This document shows positions 12,270 to 24,187 of a DNA stretch of 64,000 bases, one piece after another. The position numbers and the translations under genes were made by a program. Origin of the DNA: Raja brachyura. Taxonomy: Eukaryota. The stretch spans positions 29,140,001 through 29,204,000 of the forward strand of contig OY740807.1 in assembly GCA_963514005.1 (NCBI GenBank), in the 5' to 3' direction. The notes beneath the pieces were generated by a model that searched no databases, had not been told where the DNA came from, and was given only the letters and a program-made list of their open reading frames with translations. Position 1 is the stretch's first letter, and each line of letters opens with the position of its first letter.

Positions 12270-14270
12270 CTAGAACTGTATAGCACAGGAACAGTCCCAT
12301 TGTCCCACCATGTGTCCCTGACCATTAAGTTGTTCTAAAAAATCCCATCTACCTTTATTTGGTCCATGGTTCTTCCATTCCTTGCCAGTTTATGTCCATC
12401 TAAATGCCTCTTAGCCATGGGCATCCAATCTGCTTCCACCACCTACCCTACAGCGTATTTCGGGTACCAACCATTCTCTGTGTAAAAACAACTTGTTTTT
12501 TCCCATTCCCCTTAAAGGTTTCCCCTTTCACCTTAAAGTTGCTCTCTGAATTTGATATTTCCATGCTCGGAAAAAAATCTTGACTATCTGCCCTGATTAT
12601 GCCGCTCGTAGTTTTATATATTTCTATCAGGTCATCCCTCGGTCTCTAACATTCCAGAAACAAACAATGCAAGTTCATCCAACATCTCCTTAGGCTCTAC
12701 TTTCTAATCCAATAAACATCCTGGTGAATCTCTTCTGCGCCTTTTTCAAAGCCTCCACATTCTTCCTGGAATGCGCTCGTCAGAACTGCACACAAATGTG
12801 GTCTAACTGAAGCTTTATACATCTGGAATGTGAATGATCAAGTTTTATACTCAATACACTGACTGACATGGGAAAATATGCTGCATGTCTCCTTTACTGC
12901 CCCATCTATTGTGTTGCCACTTTATGGGACTTGCATCCTGAGATCTCTCTGTCTATCAGTGCTACAAGGATCCAGCCATTTATTGTGGACTCCCCTCTTA
13001 CATTTGATCTCCCAAAATTCATCACCTTACATGCGCCCACACTAAATTCCATCTGCTATTTCCCTACCCAAATTTCCAACTGATTTATATCCTGCTGCAT
13101 CCTTTGACCACTTTCTCACTATCTGCAAATCCACACATTTTCATATCATCTGCAAATCAGATCACCTTTTTTATCAAAATCATTAATCTATATTATAAAC
13201 CGCAGAGGTCCCAGCACTGATCCTTCTGGATCACCACTAGTCACAGACATACAGTCAGAATAACAACTTTCCACTACAACCCTCTGTATTCTAAAGCCAA
13301 GCCAATTTTGTATCCAATTTACCAACTCGCCTTGGATCCCGTGTCTTCTGGACCAGACTACCATTTTTGAACTTGTCAAGGATTTTACTAAAGTCCATGT
13401 AGACAGCATTCATTGCCCTACCTTCACCAATCATCTTCAACACCTTCTCCAAAAAAATCAATCAAATTTGTGAGACAGGACTTTCCACACACTGCTGACG
13501 TTCCCTCTAATTCCATACTTTAACAAAAGCGATAAAATCCTGTAATCCAATAATTTCCCCCCCATAACCCTTGGGTGGCATGGTGGTGCAATGGTAGAGT
13601 TGCTGCCTTACAGCACTTACAGCGCCAGAGACCCAGGTTCAATCCTGACTATGGGCACTGTCTGTACAGAGTTTGTACGTTTCCGCGTGACCCCGTGGGT
13701 TTTCTCCAAGACCTTTGGTTTCCTCCCATACTCCAAAGACGTACAGATTCGTAGATTAATTGGCTTGGTTATAAATATAAATTGTCCCTGGTATGTGTAG
13801 GATAGTGTTACTGTGCGGGGATAGCTGGTCGCTGCGGACTTGGTGGGCCGAAGGGCCCGTTTCCGCGCTGTATCTCTAAACTAAATAAAACACTGATATA
13901 AGGCTCTGCAATTTATAGTTTCCTGGATTATCCCTGTCGCCTTTTTTAAACAAAGGAACAACAATGGCTATTCTCCAGTCTTCAGGAACCTTGCCCATGG
14001 CTAAAGAGGATACAAAGATCTTTGTCAAAGCCCAAACAATCTCATCCTGTGCCTCCCTCAGTATCCTGGGAAATAATTAATTAGACTCTGGGGATTTATG
14101 TTTTTCAAGACACCAAACTTTCAAACTCATGCAAACTGTGTGGTGATGCAAAGTTTGCATGAATAATGATATTGTACACACCTTCTTAATAGTAATATGC
14201 CCTAGAATATCAATATTCTCCTCCCTAATCTCTCCATCATCTGTGACCCTCTCCATCGTGAATACCATCC
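12270..14270 (-). mobile_element. Old CR1 LINE interrupted by a SINE
   Basis: WIQNWL..R.QRVVV..SVTSG.P.GSVLGP in ORF 13188..13409 plus further decayed ORF2 sequence. Confidence 0.8.
13573..13890 (+). mobile_element. HE1-type tRNA-derived SINE
   Basis: A-box-like tggtgcaatggtagag, B-box-like ggttcaatcc, CR1-like 3' end gggccgaagggcc..ctaaactaaa. Confidence 0.85.
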
Positions 14271-14469
14271 ATATGAAAAAGGTTTTCTATGCTGATTGTG
14301 AGTGATATTCATACATCAACTGCCAGTCATATAACAAACTAACATGTCCCTTCCTGTACAATTTCCTCACATCATTTCTGTTTTCTAAAGTTTTCTTAAT
14401 TTTTTTGGTCCATGTTATTGAAGAAATGCAACAAATTTGCGATTTGAGTATATCACAATAAAAAAAAGT

Positions 14470-15112
14470 AGATATCGCTCAAAATTCAAACTGATGGTGG
14501 TGAAAAGATAGAATGACATTCCCAGTTCTTCCTGTGCACATTCTCAGACAACCAACTCCTTGAGGGGACTTGCGATTGAGTCCAAAGTGGGTTACAGTAT
14601 ACATAATTTGATGGTGGAAAATAGTTAGCTTTGATGAAGTGTAATTTTTTTTATTAAGAAATGTCGCTGAGTTTGAAACTCCTTTTACTGGGATTGAGGA
14701 ATACTTCCATATCATTAGGTCAGGAGAAGATCATATCGCAGCGGTCAAAGCTCATTGGAGATTGTTGTGCTTGAATATCCCAAAGCCCATGTCCTTCATC
14801 TGCACACTTGCATATACATATCCATACTTTGCCAGCCTCTGTAGGTAAGGTTGGGAAATTACGACAGACACCACCAGTGTAACAGTTGGAAGTGTTGCAT
14901 TATCGGAAGGCTGACAGCAGGCAACCTTCCTGCACATTGTCATTGCTGGTCAAGAGTTTGGTATACAGGCAATAATGATAGAACACATCTTTAAAGGTCA
15001 GATATTGCATAAAGATATACCGGGCTTCACTTTTTATGTCTTCTCCAGCATTCCACCACTAAGGAACACTAAAGGCAGCAAAATGAATGGAAAACCTAAT
15101 ATCTTCTCATCA
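14470..15112 (-). pseudogene. Possible highly decayed single-exon class A GPCR (GPR148 / fish odorant-receptor-like)
   Basis: Frameshifted fragments in plausible transmembrane order: KILGFPFILLPLVFL; DIKSEARYIFMQYLTFKDVFY; NATLPTVTLVVSVVISQPYLQR; LTIFHHQIMY..RTGNVILSFHHHQF. Many stops; recognised by eye only. Confidence 0.3.
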
Positions 15113-16709
15113 TCTGAAGATAAGGTCTACCTTTTGGGGAGAGATGCAAAGTTTGCATGAATAATGACATTGACTACAATGCACAAAGGATCAAATAACT
15201 GAGAGCGCGCAATGTTGTAATAAATGTCAAACTGTCAGCATGCACTGCTCGATGCACACGTAACTTCCACAGGGCAACATGACTTTGCTTCTAATGCACG
15301 AACTACCTCTGTGGAGGCTCGGTTGATCGTGTTTACAGGTGACGAGAAACCACGAGATTACACATTAATCCGAGCAGTGAGAAATAATCTGCTCCTGATC
15401 TAATCGATCAATCACTGCATCAGATTATGAATTCAGATGGTGAATTTGTGGGAGGAAAAGTTTGCATTTTACGCCCCACCTGTTCACTGTGTTCCCAGCC
15501 ATGGTGACCTGCAGCTGGCTATCAAGCCTTTAATCAGACAGAGATGTAGCAGATTACGTTCTGAATGCCCCAGAATTATTGTGCCGAATCTTCCATCCGC
15601 AACTGATTCTCCAGGTTCCACTGATGGGACAGTTTGTGACTTGGAGAGATATTTCTCACCAAAATAAACTCTTTGATGCCAGTGCCTTTGGCATTATGCT
15701 GTGTTTGACTCATTCAGGCAATGCTGTGAGAGTTTAGATTAAAATCTACCTGCGACATTACCTGCTGATTTATTAAATTCACAATTTTTTTAAAAACTCG
15801 GGGCAAATAAATTACCCACAGGATTCAGCCACTCTCCCAGGATGTGTAATTTGCCTTCTCTGCCACAGGAGGAGAACATGACTTACAGTCTTCTGCGGGT
15901 TTTGGAAGATTTACTTTTCTGCAGGAGTGTAGCCTTCTCTTGATTGGAGGTGATGGAGCCCACAAATTAACTTCTTGATCTTCATGATGGAGTATTTTAC
16001 CACTTTATCAAACCCTCTTTAAATAAACATTAGCTTGGCCCAGAATACTCAAAAATGCCTCAGATATTAATGTTCTTACTAAGGAGACTGGGAAAGAGAC
16101 TCACTGCAACATTTATTAGGACATGGTAGTATTTATCAACGCTTTTAGAATAAGACCTTCTACTTTCGAGAAAGCCGCTGGATGGTCAAGGCATTTCTGC
16201 CTCTGCTCACGCACCTACTTTTCCTTGGCTTACTGGATTCCCAATGATTTACCAGAACGGAGCACAGACTCACCTCTGCCTGGAAGTTTGTCTTACTCAG
16301 CCATCCCATCTCATAAGTCAGTTTTTGTGCTTTGTTAAATGCATTTGAAGATGTTAGGCTAGATTGGGAACCAACCACAATTTCTCGTAAAGGAATAGCA
16401 GAAAATGTGGCATCACTTTTCACCACAAAGCTGGGAGGGACTTATGGTGATAAGTCTCAATTTTTAAAGCCATGGAATCATAGCTACAGCAAGCATTTTG
16501 GCCCAACGTATCCACACCAATCATCAAGCACCTATTCTAACTCTAATCCAAGCACATTTTATTCTCCCCCAGATTCGAGTCACCTATATACTAGGAGTGC
16601 TTTACAGTGGCCAAGTAATCTATTAACCTACAGAATCCTGGGCTGTGAGAGGAAACCAGATTACCTGGAGGAAATGCAATGACGGGGAAAATGTGCAAAC
16701 TCTACCCCC

Positions 16710-16897
16710 TTTAACCAGGGCTAGTTTTGGCTTTTTTGAAATAATCGCAAGAACTTTGAAGAAGCCTCGACGAAGCGGGAACCACTTTCCACCATTAGGG
16801 AGAGTGACCGGAACCTCCAGGAACCTCACGGAAACCTTGGGTGGGGCGCAAGGTCTCCAGAGGTTTCTGTTCAGGTTTTCGAAGTGGGACAGGGGCT
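16710..16897. mobile_element. Truncated Harbinger-type MITE end next to a - strand SINE fragment (about 16470-16700)
   Basis: Ends gaagtgggacaggggct|taa, matching the TIRs at 19291-19653 and 21108-21649. Confidence 0.6.
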
Positions 16898-17275
16898 TAA
16901 CTCTCTTTTAAATTCATACTGTGAGCTCTATCTAACTCTCTTTCAAATTCATCCTGTAAATTGGCCTCTACTGCCTTGTGACAAAGTAGGGCAGTGATTG
17001 ACCGGATTACAGTTATTGCCTTCTGCAACAATGTTAACAAAAGAAAGAAAGACGGTATTTTGTTTCAGCTTTCTTCCATTGTCTCAACTTCTCTGAAAGC
17101 ATTTTTAGCTAATCAGATTGAGGGACCAGAGGACTGAAACACTGGAAGACAGAAATTAAAAATCAGGAACACAATGAACTGTAGTGTTTTACTCAGGATT
17201 CGTTCTGAACCCATACTTCTATTTGTTTTCTCGTGAATTGGTTATGAAGGGACATTGTAATTTGTCTGTTCACTG

Positions 17276-17582
17276 TTTAGTTTAGTTTAGTTTAGAGATG
17301 CAGCTCAGAAACAGGCCATTTGGCCCACCAAGTCTGTGTCGGCCAGCGATCTCCGCACATTTATACTAACCTACACACACTTTAACCAAGCCAATCAACC
17401 AACAAACCTGTACCTCTTTGGAGTGTGGGAGGAAACCAAACATTTCGGAGCAAACCCATGCAGTCACGGGGAGAACATACAAATTCCATACTGACAGCAC
17501 CCGTAGTCAGGATCAAACACGGGTCTCTGGTACTGCAAGCACTGTAAGGAAGCAACTCTACCAGTGCACCGCCATGCCACCC
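17276..17582 (-). mobile_element. HE1-type SINE
   Basis: Reverse complement of the 13573 family with (tttag)n tail. Confidence 0.85.
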
Positions 17583-19290
17583 GACAAATACGAGTGAAAA
17601 TGTTACGGATTAAGTCCTATCTGCTGGTTGCAACAACTTCTTACTATCTCTCATGGAATTTCCAATCTAAAAAAATTAACATGTTCAAGCAGTAAAAATT
17701 GGCATCACCTTGCTATTACAGCATTTTATTCTTTGAACCCGGACAACAGTTTAGAGAGTTTCCTCCAAGTAAATTAAGTGGTAATGAGGATGAGGATCTG
17801 TGATTCATGGATAATGTAGAAAATAGTAGGAAGTGCCCTCAACCAGTGACATTGAAGCAGGAATCTGGCAATGAATTTGGAGATTAGGATCCGGAGCTCC
17901 CAAGAAATTAAGTTTTTGGAGAATAATTAAACTTGCACACAGAAGTGGGAGTGTGATCCTTGAGCCTTCAACAGTCATAATGTGGCTCCATAGTGAATTT
18001 GCCTTCCTTGCAGGTGGTGAAGGAGAGAGTTTTCACTCCATCCCTTGAAAGGGTTACGTATAAAAGAAAGGATCAGCCAGAGAGGCAGGAGATGACAGAC
18101 ACAGTGATCATGAATGGGTCAAATGGTTGATCTCTCATTATCTAGCTGTGGTGAGGAGTAGGAATTATGGATGAATGAGATCCACTGGATAAAGTACTGA
18201 GAATAGCTAAACTATTGTGCTGTTTTAGATAGGGGCTTTTAGATAGTGGAAGTGCAGGGAATTAAATGATATGGATCATGCACAGACAGATTAGATCAGT
18301 TTAACTTGGCTACATGTTCAGCACAAACACTCCAGGCCAAGGGGCCTGTTCCTGTGCTGTACTCTTCTATGTTCTATGTTAACTTACATGGGTGATGGAA
18401 GCTGAAAAGTTGAAACTTGTTGACTAGAAATCTAGACTCTTGTAAAGAACTTGTATTCAAAGAATCTTTCCCCAGAAGCATTCCAGACCTGAAATGGTAC
18501 CTGTTTCTCTTTCCACAGATGTTGCCTCGTCCAATATTTCCTGTTTACATCTGCAGTTTATTTGATCTTCAAGCATAATAGAAGGTATAGCAGCCCGTTA
18601 GAGCTGAAGGCTAATCACAGAAACTCCTTTGGACAGTAGAATTGCACATGGTTGCTTCAAAGTTCGAAGATTCAAAGTTCATGATAAGTCTGGCACAACT
18701 CCAGGTAACTTGAATTGAATCCCAATCTCTAAGGAAGGAGTGTGCTGGAGGGTTTGCCATCCTGTTGTATGCCTCTGTCTCTAAATTTAGTTCTAGAAGG
18801 TGGGGGGTCAAAATACTTGTCAGTACTGCAATGCTGTATTGCAATACATGGAGTTTTTGGGATACATTGTTCATTTGAAGCCCTGACTAATTTCCCTAGG
18901 GTGAATACAAAGGTCCCATCAGACTATTCTGAAGACAAGTTGAGTGATTATCTATCAATGAAATCAATATTCAACTTATCCTTGACATGGGAAAAGGCAT
19001 CATGTTCACTGCTGAAGATATTGGTGATGCAGCAATTAGAACTGCTGCCCCACAGCTGCAGGGACCTAGATTCAGTCTTGAAATTGCGTGCTGTCTGCAT
19101 GGAGTTTGCATAGTGCCTATGTGACCATATAGCCTTGGGTGCTCCAGTTTTCCAGGACATCCCATAACATATGCCAGAGAGTTAATTTGCTGTAGTAAGT
19201 GACCCCTTAGTGTAGGTAAGTAGCAAAGGAATTAAAGAGGAGTAGCTGAGCATGGAAAAGAGAAGGATAAGTAGGCTATAGGGAAAATAA

Positions 19291-19653
19291 AGGGCCTGTC
19301 TCACTTTCCAGAGCTGCTCACAAATTCTCCTGAGTTTTCCCCTTGATTCAAACTCGGAGAATATTCGTAACGGGTCCGTAGGAGCCCGTAGGAGTCCGTA
19401 GATATATCGTAGCGGCTCGTTATGTCAGCCGTAGGTACTCTGGGCATTAAATGTTGCAATTTTTCTCCTCCCAACTATCTTTTTACTCGTGGACATTTTT
19501 TGTCATGCTGGAAAAAAATGTCCCGACTTACCTCATGCCCCGAATACCTACGTCTGCAGTAGATACGAACCCGTTACGAACATTCTCCGAGTTTGAATCA
19601 AGGGGAAAACTCGTGAGAATTCGTGAGCAGCTCAGGAAAGTGGGACAGGCCCT
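19291..19653. mobile_element. PIF/Harbinger MITE inserted in an old SINE (about 19023-19740)
   Basis: TIRs agggcctgtctcactttcc / ggaaagtgggacaggccct, TAA TSD at 19288-19290 and 19654-19656, internal inverted arms. Confidence 0.85.
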
Positions 19654-21041
19654 TAAGAAGGGTATAATAGGATTAACGGGACCCTAGGTTGGGACCTGGC
19701 ATCGGCCTAATAGACTGAACGACCTCATCTTCTGTTGTACAGGTCACCCAAACAGCTTGCAAGGTGGAAATACTGGGATCCCACATTACAGAAAATGCCT
19801 TCAGTCCCATAGCAACCGGGCTAATCCATACCAGCCTCTCAAATGCTTGCACTTATTACACAGGCTGTATGTAAGTTGGCCATTTGTATGGTGATGAGGA
19901 TTTGTGCTATGTGAATCATAAACTGGCATGAGAGAAGGCACTTGGGTTAAAACAATAAATTATAAATTACCAAAAAAAATTAATTGAAACATTAAATATT
20001 CAAGGAATGGTGCAGAATAAAGTTTTAGTATTTAAAATGAGTGGAATTTAAGCCTGTTGAGTTAATGCCCACGTTGAATAAGATACAAGGGGCCATTGCA
20101 TTGCACACAAAGAAAAGGAAATTTTGGCAGGTACCTAATGAACAAGTTCCAAAGGACATTTGGTACTCAGAAGGGTTAATTTGCCCTGTTTCATTTCTAC
20201 AATTATGGAGTTTGGAGAAGACTGTTAATGATTTGGGAGAATTAGTCCGTAAGGACTTGCTATGTGGTGTTATCGACACGTAAAATCAGATAATTTAATC
20301 TGGCTCCTTCCTTTAATTTTATTTAGATCCTAGCAGTTACAGTATGTGTTTGCTCTGCCATTCAATAAGGTCGTGAGTGATCATGAACATTTACCACTTT
20401 CCTGGATGATTTTGATAACTTTCCTTTCTCTTAGAGTAAAAAATCTCAGCATTGAATGTATTGAGAAACCATATACTTGCAGTGCTGCTGTAGTGAACTC
20501 CAAAGATTTACAGAAAATAATGTTCTCATCTTAACCCTCAATAGGCGATCATTTAATCTGAGATTTTCCCTAATTCTAGATTCTCCTAAGCAAGCAGCAA
20601 CTTAACATCTAGGGAAAATGAACTGCTAATGCTGCTTTACCAAGGAAAGACACAAAAAGCTGGTGTAAATGAGCAGGTCAGGCAGCATCCCTGGAGAATA
20701 TGGTGTGTCAGGTCCCTTCTTCCAGGTCAGGCTTTATATTCGTCTGGGGGGTCTTCTATTAATAAATAGTAATGGGTGCATGTTTAACATCCATCCTTAA
20801 TCCCTGTCAGAATGTTGCCTCAAACCCCACATTCTTCTGAACTCTAGAAAGTGTAGGTAGGTCTTACTCGGGTTCTTCTCACAGGTCAAGTCTCTCATCC
20901 CAGGATTCGATCTAGTCAATCCACATTCACTCCAAGGCAATGATATTTTCCCTACGGAGCACAGAGAACAAAACATTAAAACTATATACCACGCTCCAAA
21001 TGCAGAATTGGAGCCTGGACAACCAACTTGAATCTGAATCT

Positions 21042-21079
21042 TGAGTCTGAAGAAGGGTCTCGACCCGAAACGTCACCCA
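21042..21079 (+). ncRNA. Minimal type-I hammerhead ribozyme-like motif of a Penelope terminal repeat
   Basis: CUGAAGA-A-GGGUC(UC)GACCC-GAAA-CGUC: core boxes, stem II and palindromic ACGU stem III typical of Penelope hammerheads; stem I is weak. Confidence 0.55.
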
Positions 21080-21107
21080 TTCCTTCTTTCCAAAGGTGCT
21101 GCTTTTA

Positions 21108-21649
21108 GGGGCTGTCCCATTTGGACGACCTAATCCACGAGTCTAGAAGACCCGAGACGAGTTAAAAAAAATGTCAAGGTCGCCAAAGTAAAAGACCTCC
21201 TATGTTTCTATGTTTCTATGACTATGTCTATGACCTCCTACGACCCCCCTCGACCTCAGTCTTTCACACCTAAGACCAGCTACAACTAGCTACGAGTGGA
21301 AATGATAACATGATAAAATGATGTCATGTTTGCATTTTTTTTCCTCGGGCCAGTTACCGACCTATGACTTCCTATGACCACCATCACGACCTACTATGAA
21401 CTACCTACGAGTAAAAAGTATCATTTTTTTCCATGCCGACCTTTTTTTTACTCGTGGACATTTTTGGACATCGTGGCAGGAGAAAACGCCGCGACCTACT
21501 TCAGGCCACGAGTACGCGGAGACCACTCACGGGCATGAGGAAGAATGACCTACGACTTCCTACGACCTCGTGGCGACCACGCTGCGAGTATGAGTCAAGG
21601 GCAAACCCGGCAGGAGTCGCCCATTAGGTCGTGAAAGTGGCACAGGGGC
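21108..21649. mobile_element. Harbinger-type MITE with (ct)acgac subterminal repeats
   Basis: Imperfect TIRs ggggctgtcccatttggacgacctaat / attaggtcgtgaaagtggcacaggggct. Confidence 0.7.
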
Positions 21650-21673
21650 TTTTGTGTCCTGGTGGAGCCCCAA

Positions 21674-22103
21674 ACATAGAAACATAGAAACATAAAAACA
21701 TAGAAAATAGGTGCAGGAGGAGGCCATTTTCCCCTTTGAGCCAGCACCGCCATTCATTATGATCATGGCTGATTATCCACAATCAGTAACCTGTGCCTGC
21801 CTTCTCCCCGTATCCCTTGATTCTACTAGCCCCCTGGAGCTCTATCTAACTGTCTTTTAAATTGATTTTGTGAATTGGCCTCTACTGACTTCTGTGGCAG
21901 AGAATTCCACAAATTCACAACTCTCTGGGCGAAAACATTTTTTCAGTTTTAAATGGGCTCCCCTTTATTCTTAGATTGTGGTCCCTAGTTCTGGTCTCCC
22001 CCAACATTAGGAACATTATTCCTGCATCTAGCTTGTCCAGTCCTTTGAAAATGTTATATGTTTCTATAAGATCCCCTCTAATCCTTCTAAATTCCAGTGA
22101 ATT
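21674..22103 (-). mobile_element. HER1/CR1 3' fragment
   Basis: (acatagaa)n tail and reverse complement of the 34340-34857 type sequence. Confidence 0.85.
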
Positions 22104-22479
22104 CCAACCTTGAGGGCACGAGAGGTAAGACGCCGGTTCGCGCTCTTACCAGCCTTTTGCTCTCATGGCCACTGTTGCCAGCTCCCTCCATCCTCCTTTC
22201 CGGTTCTCCAGTCTTCAGGAAATGAGCAGGGGCCGGCTCCGCGGCTCACACGTGGCAGTGTGGTCGGAATCTGAGCTTAAATCAGTGCGTTTGAGACTTA
22301 GAGTCCATGCACTTTCATCTTCTTGCTCTATAAATCAGTCCAAAGAGGAACAAATGGATGTGTTTTATTTATTTATGTCATTGTTATCTGTTTATTTGTG
22401 TATTTATTTATTGGGAAGTTGCTAGGCATCTTGGACACTTTGTAGTTTACCTTTGAACTTTGCAGTTCAAAGATGATTG

Positions 22480-24034
22480 CATTCAGTCTTGTGAGCAGCC
22501 TGGCAAAACATGTTGCCCCACAATTTTGCTGGCGTAAATGTAGCTGGTTATGCAAATGATCATTTTTTTTGCCTCCACCACGACTGCTGCTGCTGCACTT
22601 CTGGTACGGATCAGATTGTGGAGGACACATGCTGCGTAGACAATGGTCTCCACATTCTTGGGCTCCTGCTCCATCGTAGTCAGCATGCATCTGAATCTGT
22701 TGGCGAGGATGCCAAAGGCTTTTTCCACCACCCTCCTAGTCCTGGGCAGCCTGTAGTTGAAGATCCTCTGCTCCTTTGACATCCGCCTGTGAGGGTATGG
22801 CTTCATAATCCATGACCTGAGTGGGAAGGCGTCATCACCAACCAGTGTGTAGGGGGTGTCAGGGTTGTCTTCTCCCGGCAGAGGTTCTGGTTCAGGAAGG
22901 CCTGCTCTTCCTTCTTCCAGTGCTTGCCCAAGGGAAGTCTTTCTCTAGCTCCCACCATCTGGACCACTGCCACGTGTGCCCACATCCACAAACAGGATGT
23001 TGTAGTTTGTATCCACCACAGCTATGAGTACGATGGAATGGAAATACGATGTAGTTAAAGAACATAGAATCTCCCTTGGGTGGACACCTGATGGCCACAT
23101 GTTTGCCGTTCACTACCGCACATGTGTTCCAGATAGTATCATAGCCTTGCGCCACTCTCTTCCACTCATCTGGTGTACTAGGGCAGTTCATGACTTCATC
23201 TTCATAAGCTTTTATGATGGCCTCACAGGTCTCTTGGACAACCTTGCTGATGGTGTTGTGGGCCACAAGAAAGTTGTAGGAGAGACTCTTGTAGGAGTCT
23301 CCTGATGCCAGGTAGCGGAGGGTAATGGCTAGGCATAGGCCTGGTTCCCGTGGCTTCCTCATGGAGGTCTCCTTTTTCTCTTGGAGAGGGCCTACCTGTG
23401 TCTTCAGCTCAGGGGGGAGCCTAGTGAAGTTTCTGAAGGCAGCCTCATCTTTTTGCTGGAGCTCAGTCATCAGGTTTTCATGCTGGCCCAACCTGTGTCT
23501 CTTCACGGGCAAGGCCTTCAACCACACAGACTTCTTGGGCTTCTTTTTCACCATTCTTCTTGTCCTTCTGTCTTGCAAATGTTTAAGCAAGAGGGCTGCT
23601 GCAAGTAGCAGGGCTTCTTCTTCTTGTAATAAGAGTAATCTGATGTTGCTCCATGGTGGTCATGATGCAGAATGATTCGAATCCGCACCCTACAACCCGT
23701 TTTATAGGAAAACTGGCTGATTCCATTGTTTTAGAGGCCAAAATGATGTCACATGTCTTCAGTTGTCCTCGCTTGTCGCCGCAGCTTGTCGTAGCTTCTC
23801 GCAGGTGTAGGTGTCGGCGAAGGTTGTCACAGGTGTGGTCGTAGGTGGACGTCCTAAGTCATGACGATTGGGTCACCGGTTGTCGATAGCTTGCCGTAGC
23901 TTGACGTCGATTAGATGGTAAGTTGCTTACTTGTCATAGACATTTTCGTAGGGGGTCGAGTCGCTGGTTTTTCGGCGACCTGCTACAACAATGACAGTCG
24001 CTGGCAGTCGCCAGAAAAATCGCCTAAATGGCCC
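22480..24034 (-). mobile_element. Decayed PIF/Harbinger transposon: frameshifted transposase (about 22480-23654) and right end
   Basis: LAITLRYLASGDSY, NGKHV (first catalytic D changed to N), VGDDAF, FNYRL..RRVVEKAFGILANRFR, ACVLHN; gtcgtag subterminal repeats and degenerate TIR aaaaatcgcctaaatggccc before ttaa. Confidence 0.85.
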
Positions 24035-24039
24035 TTAAC

Positions 24040-24187
24040 TTAGCGGGACAGGCAGCATCTTTGGAAAGAACGAATGGGTGACGTTTCAGGTCTGAAGAAG
24101 GATCTCGGCCCAAAACCTTACCCTTTCCTTCTTTCCAGAGATGCTCCATGTCCCGCTCAGTTACTCCAGCATTTTGTGTTTACCTTC
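24040..24187. mobile_element. Penelope-derived inverted terminal-repeat relic
   Basis: Tail-to-tail copies around ctgaagaaggatctcggcccaaaac. Confidence 0.7.

Noticed and set aside
13573-13650. tRNA-like A and B boxes
   Set aside because: SINE head with a LINE-derived tail and multiple copies in the window; not a tRNA gene.
21190-21600. Short acgac repeats resembling a CRISPR-like array
   Set aside because: Irregular subterminal repeats of a Harbinger MITE in eukaryotic DNA; no repeat-spacer periodicity.
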